The position numbers and the translations under genes are program-made. This document shows, piece after piece, positions 7,025-11,221 of a DNA stretch of 11,221 bases (its first letter is position 1; every line of letters begins with the position of its first letter). A model generated the notes under the pieces. That model was not told the origin of the DNA and did no database searches. It was given only the letters and a program-made list of their open reading frames with translations. This DNA is from Octopus sinensis (taxonomy: Eukaryota), in contig NW_021827049.1 in assembly GCF_006345805.1 (NCBI RefSeq), positions 1 through 11,221 on the forward strand. Reading direction: 5' to 3'.

Positions 7025-7282
7025 CACGGGTAAACCTCACTTCTCCTCCCCTTTACACTTATATTCACATTTCTGTGATAACGATCCCTATTGATCGATT
7101 TTTTCTTTTTCCTTTTATTTTTATCCCCCCCTCTTTTTTTTGCTTTCCTCTTTCTTTCCTTTTACGATCCCTTTTGATCGAAAACCAAACCCCCATTTTT
7201 TATCCCCAAAAGAAAAGCTCTACCTTGTAATTTGTCTCGTCTGTGTGCAGCCCTGTGTGGCTAATAAAGAAACATATCTATC
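7025..7282 (+). mobile_element. Unclassified interspersed repeat end, possibly a Penelope-like terminus
   Basis: Pyrimidine-rich segment with two copies of ACGATCCCT(A/T)TTGATCGA, ending GCAGCCCTGTGTGGCTAATAAAGAAAC (AATAAA) before ATCT repeats. Resembles a cephalopod repeat I recall; the class is inferred. Confidence 0.4.
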
Positions 7283-7540
7283 TATAATTATAGTTAAAGG
7301 GTACTGAAAATAACCAGCGCCTACTCTAGAAATAGATGTCAGAAACCTTCAATCTCCTCGAGAATTTGTTCTCTATATTCAACGACAGGTACGAACGTAA
7401 GGGAGTGAGCAAGAAAATATTTCTTGCTCATTCTCTCGCGTTGAATATAGAGAACAAATTCGAGAGGGGATTGTAGGTATTTGACATCTATTTCTTGTGC
7501 AGGCGCTGGTTATTTTCAGTAGCCTTTAACTATAATTATA
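7283..7540. mobile_element. Fold-back (palindromic) MITE
   Basis: Left arm TATAATTATAGTTAAAGGGTACTGAAAATAACCAGCGCCT..AGAAATAGATGTCA..GAATTTGTTCTCTATATTCAACG matches the reverse complement of the right arm over ~100 bp. The centre GAGTGAGCAAGAAAATATTTCTTGCTCATTC is itself near-palindromic. Confidence 0.92.
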
Positions 7541-7608
7541 ATTTTATAATTATATACGTAAAAAAATTGATATTACCTATACGGTCATTTTATGCGCAAG
7601 GACGCTGA

Positions 7609-8022
7609 TATCTTTTTTCACTTGTTTCAATCATTTGACTGCGGCCATGCTAGAGCACCACCTTTAATCGAGCAACTCGACCCCGGGCTTTATTCTTTGT
7701 AAGCCCAGTACTTATTCTATCAATCTCTTTTGTCGAACCGCTAAGTGACGAGGACGTAAACACACCAGCATCGCTTGTCAAGCAATGCTAGGGGGACGAA
7801 CACAGACACACAAACATACACGCACACATACATATATATATATATATACACATATACGACGGGCTTCTTTCAGTTTCCGTCTACCAAATCCACTCAGAAG
7901 GCTTTGGTCAGCCCGAGGCTATAGTAGAAGACAGTTGCCCAAGGTGCCACGCAGTGGGACTGAACCCGGAACCATGTGGTTGGCAAACAAGCTACTTACC
8001 ACACAGCCACTCCTGCGCCTAT
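7609..8022 (-). mobile_element. SINE family A, full length (tRNA head, CORE-like domain, internal microsatellite, LINE-like tail)
   Basis: Minus strand: GGCGCAGGAGTGGCTGTGTGG (A-box-like), GGTTCAGTCCC (B-box-like), CACCTTGGGCAACTGTCTT (CORE-like), a TA/TG repeat, then ..GGTGCTCTAGCATGGCCGCAGTCAAATGATTGAAACAAGTGAAAAAAGATA. Consistent with the described octopus tRNA-derived SINEs (OR1/OR2/OK); exact family not assignable from memory. Confidence 0.95.
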
Positions 8023-8058
8023 AATCATTTTATGATTATATCTTTTTCTTATAAAATA

Positions 8059-8448
8059 CTAGCAGTATCGCCCAGCGTTGCTCGGGTTTGTAAGGGAAAT
8101 AACTATATAAGCATTTTTAGAGATGTAAAGTATAATAGTCATCTCAGTATGGCTAACCACAAAGGAGTGTTACTGCAGCTTTTTACGTTCTGAGATTTAA
8201 TAATAAATATTTAGAGAGTTACTTCCCTTATATATGCCAAAAATGCATTAAAAATGGGAAAATTGATGGTAATTTTTTTTTAAATCGTAGACTCATCGTA
8301 GACGCGCGCTAATACCCAGAAGGACTCGATATGAATCACGACTATAAGATACCCGGTTTTGGTTAAACTGCACCGCAAAATGTGGGAGTAGTTAGGAATC
8401 TAAATCGTAGGAGACAGACAGCACACAACCTCACTTTTATATATAAAG

Positions 8449-8449
<1 letters not shown>
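8059..8449 (-). mobile_element. Complete non-autonomous Helitron
   Basis: Minus strand begins A^TCTTTATATATAAAAG (5' TC) and ends with hairpin CCCGAGCAACGCTGGG (8071-8086) then CGATACTG-CTAG^T. It sits between A and T with no TSD, as expected for rolling-circle elements. Confidence 0.88.

Positions 8450-8496
<47 letters not shown>
8450..8496. repeat. (TA)n(TG)n microsatellite
   Basis: Directly visible, at the Helitron 5' flank. Confidence 0.95.
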
Positions 8497-8659
8497 CTAT
8501 GCCTGTATTTACTTGCATAAATATACAAACACTCACAATCGCGTATATAAACTCTAATATGCATACAAATCGAAGGGAAGAGCATTTAACACGGGTCACG
8601 ATTGTTTAGTATTTGTATTAAGAACGTGACTAGTATAAGCATAATGCCAAACTACATAT

Positions 8660-8708
8660 GCTTGCGTGCGTGCGTGTGTATATATATATTATATATATAT
8701 ATTATATA

Positions 8709-8766
<58 letters not shown>

Positions 8767-8803
8767 GTATATAATATATATATATATATGTATGTATACA
8801 TAT

Positions 8804-8845
<42 letters not shown>

Positions 8846-8866
8846 TATGTATATATATATATATAT

Positions 8867-8965
<99 letters not shown>

Positions 8966-8990
8966 TATATATATGTATGTATATGTGTAT
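8660..8990. repeat. Very long interrupted (TA)n array (~330 bp)
   Basis: Directly visible; explains the IY-repeat ORFs 8702-9070 and 8715-9008. Confidence 0.98.
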
Positions 8991-9084
8991 AGCGACTGAA
9001 GGCGCCATTCAGCACCAGTCGCTTTAATGACGTATATATTTTTGCCCTCCGGTTGAAAAATTGCTAACAAGCCACCCTTATTGT

Positions 9085-9195
9085 GTATATATATGTTTAT
9101 ATATACGCATGTATGTATGTATAAATATACATATATAAATTATATGTATATGTGTGTGTACGTGCGTACGTGTGCGTGTGTGTGTATGCCTGCGT
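9085..9195. repeat. Degenerate TA/TG/TGCG low-complexity tract
   Basis: Directly visible. Confidence 0.85.
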
Positions 9196-9597
9196 AAGTA
9201 TATTTATTCTTGTAAACACATATTATAGCAAGAAGTTTCCAATTTCTTGTTTTGCTATAAAATAACCGCAAATAATATCTCCATAATTCTCAATTTTAAT
9301 ATATACTTTGACTAACATACAACAGCAACTAAAACAACCTCTAGCGCGAAAGGAATCCTACGAAGGGTACCTGTTATGTGTTTAAATGTACACTGTATTT
9401 ATATGAATAATATATAGTCTATTGACTAATTTTTTTACACGCTAGGCCACAGGTAGTAACAATTCCTAAAAATATTTATTACCTTGATATTAATACCTAT
9501 AGATGTTTGTAGATATATACTTATTCAACCAACTTTTCCAGCGTGCCATGAAGTGGCATTGAACTTTTCACTAAACAGTCAATCTTATATGTTTAAA

Positions 9598-9659
9598 CAT
9601 ACATACATACATACATACATACATACATACATACATACATACATACATACATACATACA

Positions 9660-9701
<42 letters not shown>

Positions 9702-9903
9702 TACACATACATATATATATATATGTATATGTATGTATGTATATATGTATCTATCTATCTATCTATCTATATATTTATTTATTCAACTATATATACATGT
9801 ATCTATATTTATACTTACATACATATATATATATAAATACTTATCCATCCATAATATATATATATAAATGGTTGAATAAATATGTATGTATGTATCTATC
9901 TAT

Positions 9904-9950
<47 letters not shown>
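9598..9950. repeat. Compound (ATAC)n, (TA)n, (ATCT)n, (ATGT)n microsatellite
   Basis: Directly visible. Confidence 0.95.
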
Positions 9951-9952
<2 letters not shown>

Positions 9953-9956
9953 GTTT

Positions 9957-10011
9957 ACCATGTGGTTGGTAAACAAGTTTACCATACCACACAGCCACTC
10001 CTGCGCCTATA
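9957..10011 (-). mobile_element. SINE family A, 5' ~55 nt only
   Basis: ACCATGTGGTTGGTAAACAAG..ACCACACAGCCACTCCTGCGCCTATA matches 7971-8023. Confidence 0.88.
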
Positions 10012-10117
10012 AAATATTCTTGTTAATATATGGACTCTACACAAAATATTGAGCAATGCTTCGGTTTAATGTAAATCTTATTATTATCACTCAACATTAA
10101 AACAACTGTACGGTATA

Positions 10118-10154
10118 AATATATATATATGCATATATGTATATATATAATATA

Positions 10155-10230
<76 letters not shown>

Positions 10231-10270
10231 ATACGCACGAACACACACAGACACAAAAACTCACACACAA
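10118..10270. repeat. (TA)n(TG)n microsatellite with CA-rich flank
   Basis: Directly visible. Confidence 0.95.
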
Positions 10271-11221
10271 GTGAAATATGTTCTGAACACGACATACATA
10301 GGAATACACGTATGTTTGTATCCCAGTAAATTCATTCTATTTTATTCTCATATACTTAAAAGCTTCGACGTTGACAGTTTTACAGGAATTCTTACTAACT
10401 CGAATATCGTAGTTTTTATTTAATATTTAGAGATAAAAATAGTTATTTCTCTTTTAAATATTGCTCTTTACAATAACTGAATTTGACATCAAATGAACTT
10501 ACTCTAAAAACTTTTACAAATTGTTTTGAGGAGAGCCATTAAGTAAAAAGTTTAATGCACTTATCCTAAGGACAATTTAGATTTATTTGTTGACTAAAAC
10601 ACTAAAATGCGTTCTTATTAGTTAATTAAATAAGAAGGGACATTACTTATATATACTGAAATTTCTGTTTTTAAACTAGTCAGAGAGAAGTAATGTAAAT
10701 GTTATCGAGTTTAAATACTTGTATATTGAAGTATGTTTGAATAATGTCAATTTGGTGAGATTTCAAGACGGATGGATATCTGTCAAGGATTGAACAAAAT
10801 AGGAAATGACAGAAATAGGAGGGACAGATGTGCAGAATGATCCAGAGTGATTCATACAGATAACATGTTTACAGAAGAATCGTGAAATTTTATAGGAACT
10901 GGCTTAACCGAGAGAGGAAACTGCATCTCTTATATTGTAGACGAAATTGCGAAATAGGAAAGTTGTCTTTTTTATGTGATTCCACAATTAATTTTAATAA
11001 TTAACAAATAACAAGGATTTTTTTCTCATAAGTGTTTAGTCGCCTTTAAAATCAGAGCCATTGCGGCTACCTGTAGTTTGGGATAAAATCGATCCAATTT
11101 TATAGTTGTTTTAAAATTCATCAGAATTTGCTCACTTCGTTGCATCCTAATCTGACGGTAACAGATGAGCTAGGTTACCAATTAAATAAAAGTAAAACTT
11201 GTTACTGATGCAACTCATTTA

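Noticed and set aside
7785-8024. Similar peptides in ORFs 289-537 (-) and 7785-8024 (+) (..ARGY.RR.LPKVPRSGTE..)
   Set aside because: Both are antisense read-throughs of SINE family A, so the similarity reflects the repeat, not a gene family.
8702-9070. 122-aa and 97-aa IY-repeat ORFs, and similar ORFs at 413-616, 1761-2151, 6623-6853, 8363-8609, 9484-9949, 10023-10423
   Set aside because: These are translations of (TA)n, (TG)n, (ATCT)n and (ATAC)n microsatellites, which lack stops in some frames; no protein features.
10740-10980. Purine-rich stretch that looks coding-like
   Set aside because: Stops occur in all plus frames within short distances, with no recognisable motif or clean splice pair.

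Overview
Eukaryotic, very AT-rich, repeat-dense non-coding DNA. The SINE, Helitron and microsatellite content resembles what I recall of octopus (cephalopod) genomes; this taxon call is recognition from memory, not a database hit. No intact host gene is supported, and most listed ORFs are microsatellite or repeat read-throughs. Two decayed transposon coding regions are recognisable: the ORF2 C-terminus of an RTE-type LINE (minus, ~868-1414) carrying three in-frame C2H2-like zinc fingers, and a Buster/SPIN/GTF2IRD2-type hAT transposase fossil (minus, ~4255-5265). The window also holds about nine copies or fragments of three tRNA-headed SINE families (here called A, B, C), a hAT MITE with a degenerate 8-bp TSD, a ~258-bp fold-back MITE and a complete non-autonomous Helitron. 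The most interesting signal is a Penelope-like fragment whose sequence folds into a minimal type I hammerhead ribozyme with a palindromic stem III and a variant core (4108-4149).
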